DNA of 63,896 nt, filler included, from Dimargaris cristalligena (lineage: Eukaryota): the NCBI GenBank assembly GCA_003614675.1. It is 13 parts of 13 records of this genome, joined end to end, with 100 filler letters (N's around TTAATTAATTAA, not from the genome) between each part and the next. Parts side by side here need not be neighbours in the genome. Positions count along the whole stretch, not along the records: positions 10,032 to 14,937 come from ML003710.1; positions 15,038 to 19,942 come from ML003711.1; positions 20,043 to 24,945 come from ML003712.1; 10 more parts are not named here. One strand, written 5' to 3'. Within the stretch, counting starts at the first letter, position 1; each line of letters begins with the position of its first letter. Of this stretch, positions 12,204 to 25,045 are shown piece after piece. The position numbers and the translations under genes were made by a program. The notes below the pieces were generated by a model that ran no database searches, was not told where the DNA came from, and saw only the letters and a list, made by a program, of their open reading frames with translations.

Positions 12204-12926
12204 ATGTTTACCCGCTCCATTGTCTCTGGACTTCGTCAGGCCAGCCGTGTGGCCCAGACCAGCCGCGCTTTCTCCACCGCCCGTGCCGCCGGTGCCCGCT
12301 CTTCCGGCGTGGCCCTGCCCTTGGGTCTGGCCACTGTGGGAGCCGGTGCTTTCCTGTACTACCAGCAGCAGCAATCTTCCGCCGCCCTGTTCAGCCTGGG
12401 GGGACCCTCCACCGTGGTGGCTCTGGATAGCCGCACCCCGTCCGCGGGTGTCAAGGGTACCAACCAGGAGCGTACCTTCATCGCTGTCAAGCCCGACGGT
12501 GTCCAGCGCGCTTTGGTCGGCGAGATCATCAAGCGTTTCGAGGCCCGTGGCTACAAGCTGGTCGGTCTCAAGCTGACCGTGCCCTCCAAGGCCCTGGCCG
12601 GCAAGCACTACGCCGATCTCAAGGGTAAGCCCTTCTTCAATGGCCTGGTCGACTACATGACCAACGGTAAGGCCCCCGTGGTGGCTATGGTCTGGGAGGG
12701 TAAGGACGTGATCCGCCAGGGCCGTCGCATGCTCGGCGCCACCAACCCCCTCGAGTCCGCCCCCGGCACCATTCGGGCCGACTTCTGTACCGCCATTGGC
12801 CGTAACATCATCCACGGTTCCGACTCGTACGAGAGTGCCCTCAAGGAAATCACCCTGTGGTTTAACGAGAACGAGCTCGCCGACTGGGTCTCCGCCAACG
12901 CCGAGTGGACCGATGCTGACAACTAG
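12204..12926 (+). CDS. NDK1: Nucleoside diphosphate kinase with mitochondrial presequence and hydrophobic segment
   Basis: [24 protein letters not shown] and catalytic NIIHGSD. The Arg/Ser/Ala-rich N-terminus is followed by [18 protein letters not shown]. Probable 5'UTR intron from GTAAGT (11937) to TAG (12187). Confidence 0.95.
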   Translation: MFTRSIVSGLRQASRVAQTSRAFSTARAAGARSSGVALPLGLATVGAGAFLYYQQQQSSAALFSLGGPSTVVALDSRTPSAGVKGTNQERTFIAVKPDGVQRALVGEIIKRFEARGYKLVGLKLTVPSKALAGKHYADLKGKPFFNGLVDYMTNGKAPVVAMVWEGKDVIRQGRRMLGATNPLESAPGTIRADFCTAIGRNIIHGSDSYESALKEITLWFNENELADWVSANAEWTDADN

Positions 12927-15419
12927 ATTTATTAATGCCCCTACCCTACCCCACGCCGCGGCATTTTTATGATTTTAATGACAGCATTGGCGGGGGTCGT
13001 GGAACCTGCCTATACAGCCTGGCATATTTATGGCCTTGCTGATTGCTGATCTTGGTGAACTGGACCATACTTTAAACAGGTTGACGTTTCTCCCCCCCCC
13101 CCGCACTATTTATGGGTCTTGATGAATCGACCTCACCATACCCCCCTTGGCCCATGGCATGCCTGGCCGCTTCATTTGATTGATTATTTATGAAGCCAAT
13201 AAACCGATATTTATTTGGTCATTTTATTAGGCCGTTGTTGAAACGTACCTAATGTTCGTTATTCGGCCGAGTCGGTGATAATACGGTGTGGCTGAAGAAA
13301 AATGGAGCTACCCCCCCCCAACTCAGTTGTTGCTGGATGCCGAGTTAACCCTTTTGACCACCCCAAACTCACTGATGTGAGCCACAAATGATGGCTATAA
13401 AATGAGGGCAAACCAAGGCCAATCATCCACTCCACGTAACTCAAATAATTGGATTTTGTTTAAATAGGGGGAGGTACGGTGGGTATGCTTTTGATCATGA
13501 TGTGGTGCTCTTTTCGCGGTGATCAGACGAGTTATACCATTTAATCAACCGCATCTGACTACTGAAAATCGGAGCGGGGTATAGTGATAGCGTGGTTCCG
13601 CGAATGGCATAAGTTATCACTTCGAGTAGGTTAAGTATGAGCCCCTAAATTATAATGTCACATATTCTATATACTTGCAATACGGCTGAGCTACTATCCG
13701 GGATAGTATTTTTGACCGTAAGCAGTCTAACAAAATTCCTACAAACTGACCACAAGAAGGGTCTGGAGAATTATGTTGAGAAGGATTGCATGCAGCTATT
13801 TGTAGGTGGTTTTGGTATGGATAAAACCAATATATTCAAATAATACTATCAGCGAGCGACTGATTTTCTACAGAATATAGCAGGGGCTGAATTACTAGGG
13901 TATTGCAGTAATTTGCATTCGCAAGTTAAGTTCAGCGGACCTTCCACTAGATTGCAACGTCGCCCAGGGGACTAAAGTTATCTGTCAATAAGTCTTTCGT
14001 AGTTCCACGGCTCTGTAGTTACAATCATGCATACCATAGGTCCATGGAGTCATGCTGGTGACTGGTTTATAAAGGCCCGTTTGGTCAGTTCGATACATTA
14101 CGACCGAATTTAAACCAAAGTGTTGAGATGTCTTCTTATCTCAGAACTATGCCACTTTTTTGGGGGGTTTTCAGACTACTACAAGAATCTGCCTTTCTCA
14201 TAAATATTGGAAAGTCGCGGGAATGTAATTAGTGAGTGTCCATGCGATAGAACTATCCTCCCATCGGCACCGGTGTTGTTATTGCCGTCAGCCACCAAGG
14301 TACCATGCGTATATGTTGAAATGTATGGTGGTGTCGGATGACAACAGAGGGTGTGCCGTTACGGTAGATCTCAGACCAACTATTATCATAGATGAGAAGC
14401 AAAAGCTGCCTGCGCACCACATGCTTCCCCACCCAACCATTTTGCTACAATGTGAAACTTACCCTTTCGTTTCCATCCACAGATGGATCTCTTCAGGCTG
14501 GTGGTTGGCACCAAAATAGGAAAAGCTGGAAGGTAACTATGGTGGGAAATGCAGATATGTATAGGAATAAAGCACCAGTACAGTGCCAAGCGAGAAGGTA
14601 ACCATTGACTCAACACTATCCAGTCATAAAACAATTATGGATTATTCGATATCACCTACCTCAATCTCCCACCTTCGCCTTTCAGCGATGGATATATATT
14701 GAGGACTGATTCCTTTGTTGTGGTCGCAATTAATACCACAAGGTAATATAGCCTGATAACCTTATCAGGGCCAACTGGAGCAGTCTCGGTCTAGTGGGAA
14801 AAACTAACTAACTAAGGGAAACGCGCACTCGGCAGGGACAATTCTTATCTGATCTTCAGATAGGGACAACTAGGGCAACCGGGGATCACACAGGGATCCT
14901 TCTAATGTATGGCAGATAAGGCACAATGAATGGACTANNNNNNNNNNNNNNNNNNNNNNNNNNNNNNNNNNNNNNNNNNNNTTAATTAATTAANNNNNNN
15001 NNNNNNNNNNNNNNNNNNNNNNNNNNNNNNNNNNNNNGAGGAAAACCCGCTGAAGTGAGAGCGTGTGTGTGCGTGCTTTATGTCCCAAGATGGGGCAGGC
15101 CCAAGCATCGACCCTTAGAAAGTGGTATACCCTAATCCTCAGTACCTTCCTTTGACCAAAGAGAGTGGAAGGTACCCAGTGTCAGACATGCCTCCTAGGG
15201 CAAACCGCAAAGCTGAATCCGATGGAGGGGGCAAGCGGGAGAGATCCGCAAAGTCCCCGATTCGGAAGCGGCGAAAAACCACCACCCGCTCCCCCTTTTA
15301 GTATTGGCCAGAGCCAATGTGCCCCATATTGGTTCACCGAATCAGTACCATTCAACCTAGAGTACATTGGGGGAGGTCAATCCGGTTTCTCCGAATCACT
15401 TCATATTTAACTTGTAAAA

Positions 15420-18093
15420 ATGCCGCCATTCCTTATTTTGCCCATTTCTAAATCCCCTCCCATCGGCCGCTTACCCTGGGCCCGTATCGCCCAGCAGCTA
15501 CGCCTTGGCCTGGAGACCAGCAGATCCGCGAAACAAGCCACAAATACTTTGAACTCCTCCTCCTCCCCTACTTTACTGCCGAGTAAACGTTCACTGGGCC
15601 CCAGATATACCGTTAGAATCCCCCTAATATACCACCGGCACCCTTTAACGAACACCTCTCCCGCCCAATTTTACTACGGTACCATGACCTCCCGCCCCAT
15701 GTCCAGTATGTTGAACCATATTATTATCCAGGCATATCCACAGGGCCATTGATTACAATTACCATTCGTTCAATTCTCGACACATTCGATAATTTATAAC
15801 CCGCCTTATCATAGCTGACCAAGTCGACACTATCTAACCAATACACGATGTATGTATGTGACTCCAAATGAATGGTGGCCACCATACAACACCCCGGATC
15901 TGTAGCCATATCGTATACCCAGCCCCTTAAAAACCCCGAAACTGTCAAGAAACTCGACAAAATCCTGGACAAATATAATGCCCTCAAGAAGAAATTAGAA
16001 AACGTAGGTGTAATTATCGGAAATTACTATATCCTGGTAGAGAGATGACTTGGCAGCCTTTGATCGGTGGGTCCCTGGAGATACGGGCGCTTAGCCTGTT
16101 TGTTAGGTGTTACTAGGTTCTTTAGCTAAACGCAATGCATCGACTGTTTCTATCCATATCCACCCTTTAACTACATCAGCCTGAGTTGTCCACTGAGAAT
16201 AAGATTGCCATTCAAAAGGATATGGCGAAAATTGAAAAAACAACCACGGCCTATGAGGATATAATCAAAGCCCGCCAGGTAAGAATCCCGTTATTGAGTC
16301 TTCTGATATGGAGAAAGCGTTGCCATTTTCTATACTTCCGTTTATTCACAAAGGAAAACCCCCTTCCAATATTTCATAACCGGACCATTAGTCAAAAAAC
16401 GCCCTACCCTACTTCTAACCATTCCACTATATTTATATTTATATTTATATAAAAAAATGTAAAAACCCCACAACCTCCATAGGAACAATCCGAAATCATG
16501 GCGCTGATGGAAGAGAGCCGCAAAGAAGCGGGTGCCCAGGACACCATCGCCATGTGCGAAGAAGAACTGACCCAGCTCGAGGATACCCTGAGCGAACTCG
16601 AGCAACGCCTTTTCCAGACCCTACTCCCGAAGGACATTTCGGAGATGGGCAGTGCCATCCTGGAAGTACGACCGGGCACCGGGGGTGACGAAGCGGCCCT
16701 GTTCGCCGACGAGATTTTCCGCATGTACCAACGGTTCGCGGCCGCCAGCCCCGACCTCCGCTTCGAGCCCGTCAGCATCACCCGCGAGACCAGTAGTAGT
16801 GGGGCGGGGGGCGGCGGCGGGGGCCACCAGTACCAACTTAAAGAAGGGATTGCGACGGTTACCGGGGAAGGGGTGTTCCGCCAACTGATGTTCGAGTCTG
16901 GGGTCCACCGGGTCCAACGCGTACCGGCCACCGAAAGCGCCGGAAGGATTCATACGAGTACGGTGAAAGTCGCCGTTTTGGCCCAGCCGTCCGAAGTGCA
17001 AATCGATGTGAGGGACGCTGACATTCGCGTGGATTTGTACCGTGCCAGTGGAGCGGGCGGTCAGCACGTGAATACCACAGATAGTGCGGTGCGTTTAACC
17101 CATCTACCCACGGGCATTGTGGTGGCGATCCAGGACGAACGTTCCCAGCATAAGGTAGGTTAAGGGCGGGTGGCTGGCTGACCAGCGAGCGAGTGGGGAC
17201 GGGGGATCATTACGGTTATGAAGGATAAAAATAGGGGGCAATTTAATAGCATTGGTTTATTTAAAAAGAGGAGATATGTTTTGATTGATTTTTTTAATAG
17301 TCTTGAACATTTACTAATTACCTAAACCTCTGTGATTATATATTTGGTCACTATTCACCGCTAACCCTCTCGGATGTGTTTAGAATCGAGCAAAAGCCAT
17401 GAAGGTCCTTCGAGCACGAATCTACGAAATGGAAAAGGCCAAGGTCGACAAAGAACGCCGCGATTACCGCTCCAAACTGGTAAGTCTGTGAAAATGCCCA
17501 CTATTACTCGTTCCTCTCTGCTTGGGTCATTTATAGGTCGTGCGCGATATTATACATATAGCCGTATCTATAGGAAATCAGTATATATGTCGTTGAATCT
17601 GAATGGAGGGACTGGCGATGACGGTGGCTTTAATATAACTCCAATAGGGAATAAACCATGGCCCTCTGGTATACCATTACCTTATTGTAATGGCTATATA
17701 TGGTTTTTTGTTATGACGTCCTGATGGTATCCATCGTATGACAATGACATTAATATCGTACACCATTACCACGGTCCGGCCACTTTACCTGTGCATTGCA
17801 TTCATTCTATAATACATATTCTCTGGATACGCCCCACTCACCCATTTCTCCCACACACTTATAACCCCTTTACTCCTGTATTTAAAAAGATTGGTCGAGG
17901 CGAACGGTCCGAAAAGATCCGCACATACAATTTCCCCAAAAACCGCGTCACCGACCATCGGATCAATCTAACCATGTATAACCTGGATAAGGTGATGGAG
18001 GGCACCGCCGCTTTGCAAGAGTTCATCGAAAACCTCCAAATGCAACACTATATGGATTTACTGTCCCATATGGATGACCAGATTTCCACTTAG
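15420..18093 (+). CDS. MRF1: Mitochondrial peptide chain release factor 1, 6 exons (15420-15678, 15906-16003, 16180-16278, 16483-17154, 17384-17479, 17890-18093), ~475 aa
   Basis: [24 protein letters not shown] (PxT), GAGGQHVN (GGQ), DERSQHK|NRAKA and [11 protein letters not shown]. Exon lengths preserve the frame. Exon 1 is the least certain (GTACCA donor). Confidence 0.9.
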
Positions 18094-19857
18094 TTAAACT
18101 AATATTTATATATATAACATATCAAATAGATGTGATAATAAAAGAAGGACTATAAAAGAAATGGGATGCCTGCATGGGCTTGGAACCTCAAAATGTGCGA
18201 TATCGCATCAGCTTTTTAAACAGTCCCGGCCTCCATATCAACTCACCCCCATCCCCATTCAGCTCGGCCGAAAGACCATCCGTATAAATAGACAATCGAC
18301 CGGGTGATAGCGGTGGCTATAAGATAGTATGCAATGCCCCCTTCTTCCTAACCATGCAACCTGAACCAACCCTACATTTCCACAATACGTATATAAATGG
18401 CTATTCTGATTAGTTATCCCTTTCGCCCCTCCATTCTTTTGACATGGGAAGACGATAAGCAACCGGTAGCCCTGTGAATCGCCCTGCTTCCAAGACCAGC
18501 CATATAGTGCGTTCCATTGTTAGTCAAGGAATATTTAAATGCCGGCTGGTTGTACACATTGGGAGTGAGGAACGTTGAAGGTCGTCCCGGAATATAGATC
18601 ATGAATGGGGGGCGTAGGTTGGAAGGATTCCCTCGAGCCTCCCTCACCAAGCCTTTTCTGCACCATTGGGGATGGGGTAGACTGTTGTATAGTCGTTAAT
18701 CGCGAAGGATTACCAATTGACATGACCCCCCTCCTCTCCTATCCCACCAACTATGTAAAAATGATTGGGGAGACGCATATCATTCTCATTCTAGTAAAGA
18801 GCGGCTGAACCCCACAAGGTGATTGTTGGAAAGCCAAGTTCCTTTGAACGAACTATTCGGCAATGCATCAAAACAGCGATCATTAGCCCTATCCCCCCAC
18901 CGGAACAATCGGCCAAGGAAAGATGGGCAATAATCCATTCGTTTTATGCAAAGATACCCATTATAGTAACATCGAGGCCGCCTCGGCCTGTATTATCTTC
19001 ATTAGGTTGATATCACGCATCGTAGTTAAATTGGGTATGTTTATATAATTACAAAAACCCACTGGGGGGCCTCTAGAAACACTCACAATCCGAATGAAGT
19101 AGGCCAGACAGGGGCTTCATGTAAGAATGTGTGGCGCCTGGGAGACTAACGGATAAGCCAGTGTAGTGGAAGTAAAGCAATAACGGATTGAAAAAAAAAA
19201 TGGGAGAAGAGGGTAAAGTATATCAGTGAAATAGGTCGAGTCAGAAGAGTTGTACAAAATTTGAAACAGCCAGTGGCGAACATACAAACGTGTAGACGAA
19301 AAAGAAAGAAAGAAATAGAGAGAGAGAGAGTAGTCTAATAGACCTGTAGTACCCAGGCCCAGAATAGTCTTCCAGGGATGGGGGAGTGGTAAAAATACCC
19401 CAATGAGCCGGACTTGGCGAACATGGGTGTACCACATAGCATACTTCCTATTTGCACCAGGGTATGGGCTGACATCCCTTGGAACAGGAGGGGCAGCCAA
19501 GTCAAGTGAACTTTGGTCACAACATTTGACTAAACAGGATACACCTAGGGGAAGAGTGAACCGAAAGCAGATTAGGAAAAGAGTCCGAGGAGGAGGGAAG
19601 GGATTAAGGGGAGAGGAAGACAGGTCAACAGGGGAGAGTGAGCCAAAGAAGGAGAGGGTGGCAGGCTCACCAAAGGGGCGTTCATCAAAAAGGAAATAAT
19701 GAACATTCGAAATTGCTAGCACCCAGAGGTCGGGAAAAGGCCATTGGCGTATATACCACGAAAGGTGGCCAAAGGCGCTGGAGGGGCGAGAACTAGCAGT
19801 TGGGGACGGGGAGGGGCATGCGGCCATGTAGTAAAGCGCAGGTGGGTAAGGGAACGG

Positions 19858-19883
19858 ATGTGTATGTGTGTGTGTGTGTGTGT
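19858..19883 (+). repeat. (TG)n microsatellite
   Basis: TGTGTATGTGTGTGTGTGTGTGTG read directly. Confidence 0.85.
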
Positions 19884-20109
19884 TGTATGGGTAGGTGGGC
19901 GTGTAAATCGAGACTGCACATGACCACCCAACAAAATAGTCANNNNNNNNNNNNNNNNNNNNNNNNNNNNNNNNNNNNNNNNNNNNTTAATTAATTAANN
20001 NNNNNNNNNNNNNNNNNNNNNNNNNNNNNNNNNNNNNNNNNNACGTTTATTACTGTTTAAACTTTCCTTTTCACTATTCTCCTGCTATTGCACAACACAC
20101 AAAATAGAT

Positions 20110-20181
20110 GGCTCGGTGGTTTAGTGGTATAATACTCCCTTAGGGTGGGAGTGGTCCCGGGTTCGATTCCCGGCCGAGCCC
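20110..20181 (+). tRNA. tRNA-Pro (anticodon AGG), intronless
   Basis: Acceptor stem GGCTCGG/CCGAGCC. A box TGGTTTAGTGG. Anticodon arm CTCCC-TTAGGGT-GGGAG. T arm CCGGG-TTCGATT-CCCGG. A Pol III T-tract follows at ~20193. Confidence 0.97.
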
Positions 20182-20586
20182 TTACTATTTAATTTTTTCC
20201 AATAATGTCCTTAAGTATTGTTACTTTTTTTCCCTTGGAATTAATTTAGGAGACATCTAAATAATGCTCGTTAATAGTACCTGCAGGTTTTATTTTTCTA
20301 ATAACTTACGTTTTTATTTTTTACTTCTATAATTGGAATCAGGGATCAAAGGGTAAACACAAGTGTTTCCTAGTGCAGCCTTCAAATATTGTAGAAGAGA
20401 GAAAGAACCACCAATGGTATTGTTAGCTCTGTAATATTTGTTTTATTGGGTTTGGCATAAGATATAATCAAGAATGACTATTGTCGTGGGCATATGATTG
20501 TATAATCAAAGCTATAGAATTGCTAGAACATGTTATACGAATTTCTATCGGCTATCCCATTACTAATAGTAAATATTTAGAGTGGG

Positions 20587-20979
20587 TTAGACGAAACCCA
20601 GTGTACTGGTGGTAGCTAAAAGACGTTGAAATTGAACTATCTCCCAAAAATCATTGTTAAACACGACAATGAAGTTACAAAGGTATTTGGCTGAGTTATT
20701 GACCTCCTGAAGGACCAGCTGGACTGGTGGTTTAGAGGGTCTTTGAATAGTGGGCTGTATGCCCGAGTCGTTGTGATGGAGATCGGTATGAGGGAAGAGA
20801 GGATGCTGGCGATGTGTTAGAATTCTGAGCTTTGAAATTGGAAATTTGGTTCGACTTGGGGCTGAAGGAATGGGTGATTTGGCGTCAATGAGGGCAGAGA
20901 CATTATAAACCAGAGAGGGGCTGGATAGGACAGTGATTTCCACAATAACAGCTGTAGAATATAAACAAGTGAACTTCAT
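20587..20979 (-). CDS. Possible small secreted protein or remnant of one
   Basis: MKF start with a moderately hydrophobic N-terminus and a TATA-like element ~180 bp upstream. No recognisable domain. Confidence 0.25.
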   Translation of the reverse strand: MKFTCLYSTAVIVEITVLSSPSLVYNVSALIDAKSPIPSAPSRTKFPISKLRILTHRQHPLFPHTDLHHNDSGIQPTIQRPSKPPVQLVLQEVNNSAKYLCNFIVVFNNDFWEIVQFQRLLATTSTLGFV

Positions 20980-21749
20980 TGGGAAAGAATATGGGGTTAT
21001 AGTATTAAATGAGCTGACCCAAAAAATGACCTTAATAGCAGTTTAAAGAGAGTATGCTAATTGGGGAAATTCAAAAGGTAAGGTAGCAGTTATCCAGGGT
21101 AATAATTAAAAGTAACAAGAAATGGCAAGCGCCTCAATGGGGGGCAAAGTGTGAGTTTACATATATAAAAGGTAAGTGGTCATATTCCGGCACATATCAG
21201 CCATGAGTTGTGATTCCCCTTTGATGTCCGTAGGTCCTAAGCATATTTACACTACGCCTGTAAAATGAGTATGACAATAGCCATCAATAATATCCAGACT
21301 TTTAACTAGGAGGAATAGGTGATCACCAGAATCATCCTTGAATGATCTTATCAAACGTGAAAATCGTGAACTGCACATTGTATTATTGGATATTTACACT
21401 GCTTGAATTACTATAGCCATGGTACTGCAGTTTGGTACAGCCAACCAGCACAGAATGCGTTACTCTAATATCACAGAACTGTTCACAGTACAATGGGACA
21501 GGCTGGTGAGACTTTCTGCATGCTGCTTGATCCACACTAAGGACGATATGCGTTAAATTGATGGGTGTGCCGATTAATGCCACACTTACATGCGGTAATC
21601 AGGGGATTATACCCATGGCCACCCATTCTTACTGATTTCAAAATAACAGGGGGTGTAATAAAGGCATTTTAAAGCGGGCGCCTAAATATATCGTAAGTTT
21701 ATTACATTAGCCCCAATGGTCAATGAGTCATTTGTGAGTGGACTGTCGG

Positions 21750-22940
21750 CTATCCGTGAATAGTAGGTGTAGACGAACTTGAAAAATGGGCATTGCGGAC
21801 AGCTACACCATCACTCACTAGACTTAACAGTTTGTTAACTGATTACTATAGCCGTGTTACCTTAGAGCCTACTTTGCCCACCCTTTCACAGGAGGACACT
21901 GCACTGTGCCGTTCATGCATCTTACCAATTCGATCCGGGTGGGTAATATTAGTATCCGAGACTGTTGAGCTCGCTGTGCTAGAGCAGTTAAAGTGAGTGA
22001 CATGCTGCCTGTTTTTTTGGGGACTTTGAAAGGACGCCTCGGACCCTGGCCTACAAGGCGGTGGTTTGAATGCCCTTTCCCAATATTGACCTAAATGTCA
22101 GTAGCTGGGCTTGTAAGAATCAACCTGTTGTCGAATCACCTGTGGAAACGGCTGCCTCCAACCTATTAAATGCAAGGGGATTATAATGGCAAAAGTCTGA
22201 CCGTTGGTCCGATTCGAGTAAAGCAGCCGGTTTCTAATGGAGTGAATGGTCGTAGCAGCCATGGACGCCTTGCACTGGTACTGATCAACATATTGCTAGT
22301 AAGTATGCGCTTAGATATGAGCAACTCGGACAATATGTATCTCATATAGAACCTAATAGTGTGGATATATTATTATGTCAACGCAAAACGCCGGTTTATC
22401 AGAGATGTTACAGGGTAAAAAGTACTATTGTAGCTGTAATTAGGTTAATATATTGTAGCAGTAGGGATTGCTGCAATAGGATAAGACCTTCATTTAATTC
22501 ATCAACAATAGTGCCAAAATACCTGGCCTACCCTTGCAACTAGATTCGCGGGGACAAAAGGCTTGTGAATCCAGATCGACCACGGCGGTGGTTTTATCGG
22601 GCAACTGCAAAGGCGGAAGTGGAGTACAGCGAATAACATATTGTTAATAAAATACAGGGTATTGGAGCGAGCGGTTAATAAACGTATATATTCAGGTACC
22701 ACTCTCCACTACATTATTAATATGCACCCAATCATTAAACTATCCAGGACCTGGTGCCATACTCCACCTTTACGATTATAGCTCATTCGAGTGGTATCCA
22801 AAGGCTAGTACAAATCCATAATAGAACTGCTGTTGACTCTGTTGAGCCATTTGAATTTGGGTTTAATGAAACTGCCGGATTATACCGTTTTATCGACTTG
22901 CGACTATAGTATTATTTCTTCTGTTTGAACCGCTTTAAAT
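21750..22940 (+). pseudogene. Decayed Crinkler/CR-effector-like (NTPase-REase C-terminal) gene remnant
   Basis: Fragments LLTDYY..DTALCR..ILVSETVELAVLEQLK, ..GLQGGGLNAL.., LHYIINMHP and LYRFIDL lie in the order I recall for expanded Mortierella-type CR proteins. Many stops and frameshifts; assignment is from memory only. Confidence 0.3.
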
Positions 22941-25045
22941 CTAGACAAGATACTCGCATTGTTAATCAGTGCAATTGTCAAGTACTTTTCCTATGTGTGA
23001 TGAACCGCCATCTGTGTCTCGATACAGGTAAAGCTAAATACGGGATTTATATGATTTGCACATCTTTAAACGTGATTAGCGAACTATACACTCCAATTTG
23101 GGGATTCATAGATTACTAGACCATGGCCAAGCCACACACATTATCGCACCTCCTTCATTACTGCACAGCACCGCATTTCGCCGGTGTAACATCCGCCCAC
23201 CATTTCAGAGGCGATGTCATAATCTTTCGTTGGTGCAAAAGGCAACGTCTCTGTTGCAAAAAAATTAATTAAATTATATCCTTTGACTGGGTTGGCCCAG
23301 AATATCCATATTATCGAGTGAGAGATGTCACGTTTAAGTTATATTTTAGGAAACAGAGAGCCAGGGATGGTGTGTGTTATTCCGCATCGCATAGTCGGAG
23401 CGTAACCATCATGAGGGGCCAGCGTTGCATTATTGCTTGATAAGGTCAAGGGACCACCTAAGTTTTAAAATGGTAGGCGCCCATGGGGTGCAATATGAGC
23501 GGAATTAAATCAGACTGTAAAATGAAAAAGCCGTTGACAGAGGCAAACATTATAGGTTCAAAAATAGTTTTACCACCGAGTTCCCATATACCTATCATGT
23601 AATACCATAGTCTGCGGGGCCGAATTTCACCCACATTGATTATGAAAAAAAAAATGTAGGCCATGAGTGCTACTGAGTAGTTTAGGTGAACTGTGGAGGA
23701 TGGCAATGAATAAAAAGGTTGATAGTCCCACAATAGCCACCGAATTGACCATGGTATATATATTTGCATGCACTTGGGCCAACTATGATACATCGATCAA
23801 AATGAGGACTTCAGTCACTGCGATTATAATGTGTCTAACACCTTTTTATCTTCGTTGCCAGGACAATCTTTGGATGTCAGAAGTCTAGATCATCAGGTAG
23901 CAATATAGGAATCAAACCCAGTAGACCTAAACCTGGGAAGCGGGCCACATGCCTGCCGACATATTTTTTATTTTACATAAAATCTAAACAAAACATCAAC
24001 TAAATTCAGCAGGCCTTAACGAGATCCAGTCGGCTCTTAGTATCCGTTTTGGTGGAATCTTAACCACCTGTTGAAGATACCATATACGTTGGAGAGGGAA
24101 CATTACTCATTATTGAGATGGTATGGCTAACTGGTATTCTATTTGACCCTTTGTCATTTCGCAATCCTCCTCGATTAGTGATGGTATGCAGCCAACAATT
24201 CAGTCTACATTTCAGTTCATTGGGAATTAATCAGTAAACCAGCAAATCCGAGTGTCTGGCCCCCAAAAATGGTAATCATACTATCAAAGCAAGCATAAAA
24301 TATCAGTGAGAAAATATACTTAATCACTGGCACCTTGTTTGGTTGGTATTAAGCCTGGGAGTACCTCTGTGTAGAGCTTAGTGACTATAATGCTTTAGAT
24401 TAACTATGGAAATTGTGTCATTATCAAACAGTTTGTGCCAGAATACCATAGGGTAGGCTATATAAACAACCAATCTATTAATAGTGACCAAGATAATTGA
24501 TAAGTGACTTGACAGGACACTCTATTCACTTTCTATTATTGCAGTCCATTATGGGGCACAAGAAAACCTAAAATCAATGAAATTTGAAACAAATGCAAAT
24601 TAATATAGCTTGCTTTTGATCAAAAATTACTATTTTTATTAATGGCTTAATATAGTTAAAGTAATAGGTAAATTTAAAATAATAGTTGCAGGCAAATACC
24701 AGTACAACTGCCAATAGTGATTGCTTAAAAGATATAGGAAAACTTGAGGTCCAGAGAGGAATCCCTGTTTACCCTGTGGAGTACAGCATGGTTATATATA
24801 TGGGTTATTACTACTACAATTATATGATTATATTAATAAAGGACTATGGTATTCCCAAGGTATGTAGTCATAAAGTTTGTAATTCTGGCCAGAAAATGAA
24901 TAGCAAAAATATACTGAAAACAAAGGTTTGAATACTAAAGGAATGNNNNNNNNNNNNNNNNNNNNNNNNNNNNNNNNNNNNNNNNNNNNTTAATTAATTA
25001 ANNNNNNNNNNNNNNNNNNNNNNNNNNNNNNNNNNNNNNNNNNNN

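Noticed and set aside
12150-12815. 221-aa antisense ORF over NDK (similar ones over NDH2, ABCD, IRE1 and MRF1)
   Set aside because: These are shadow ORFs expected from GC-rich codon bias.
14752-14864. Short palindromes CCTGATAA-CC-TTATCAGG and TATCTGA-TCT-TCAGATA
   Set aside because: They are isolated hairpins near a contig end with no associated element or second copy.
19117-19827. 236-aa ORF
   Set aside because: Pyrimidine-rich UTR- or intron-like composition and no domain. I also found no convincing snRNA or RNase MRP motifs.
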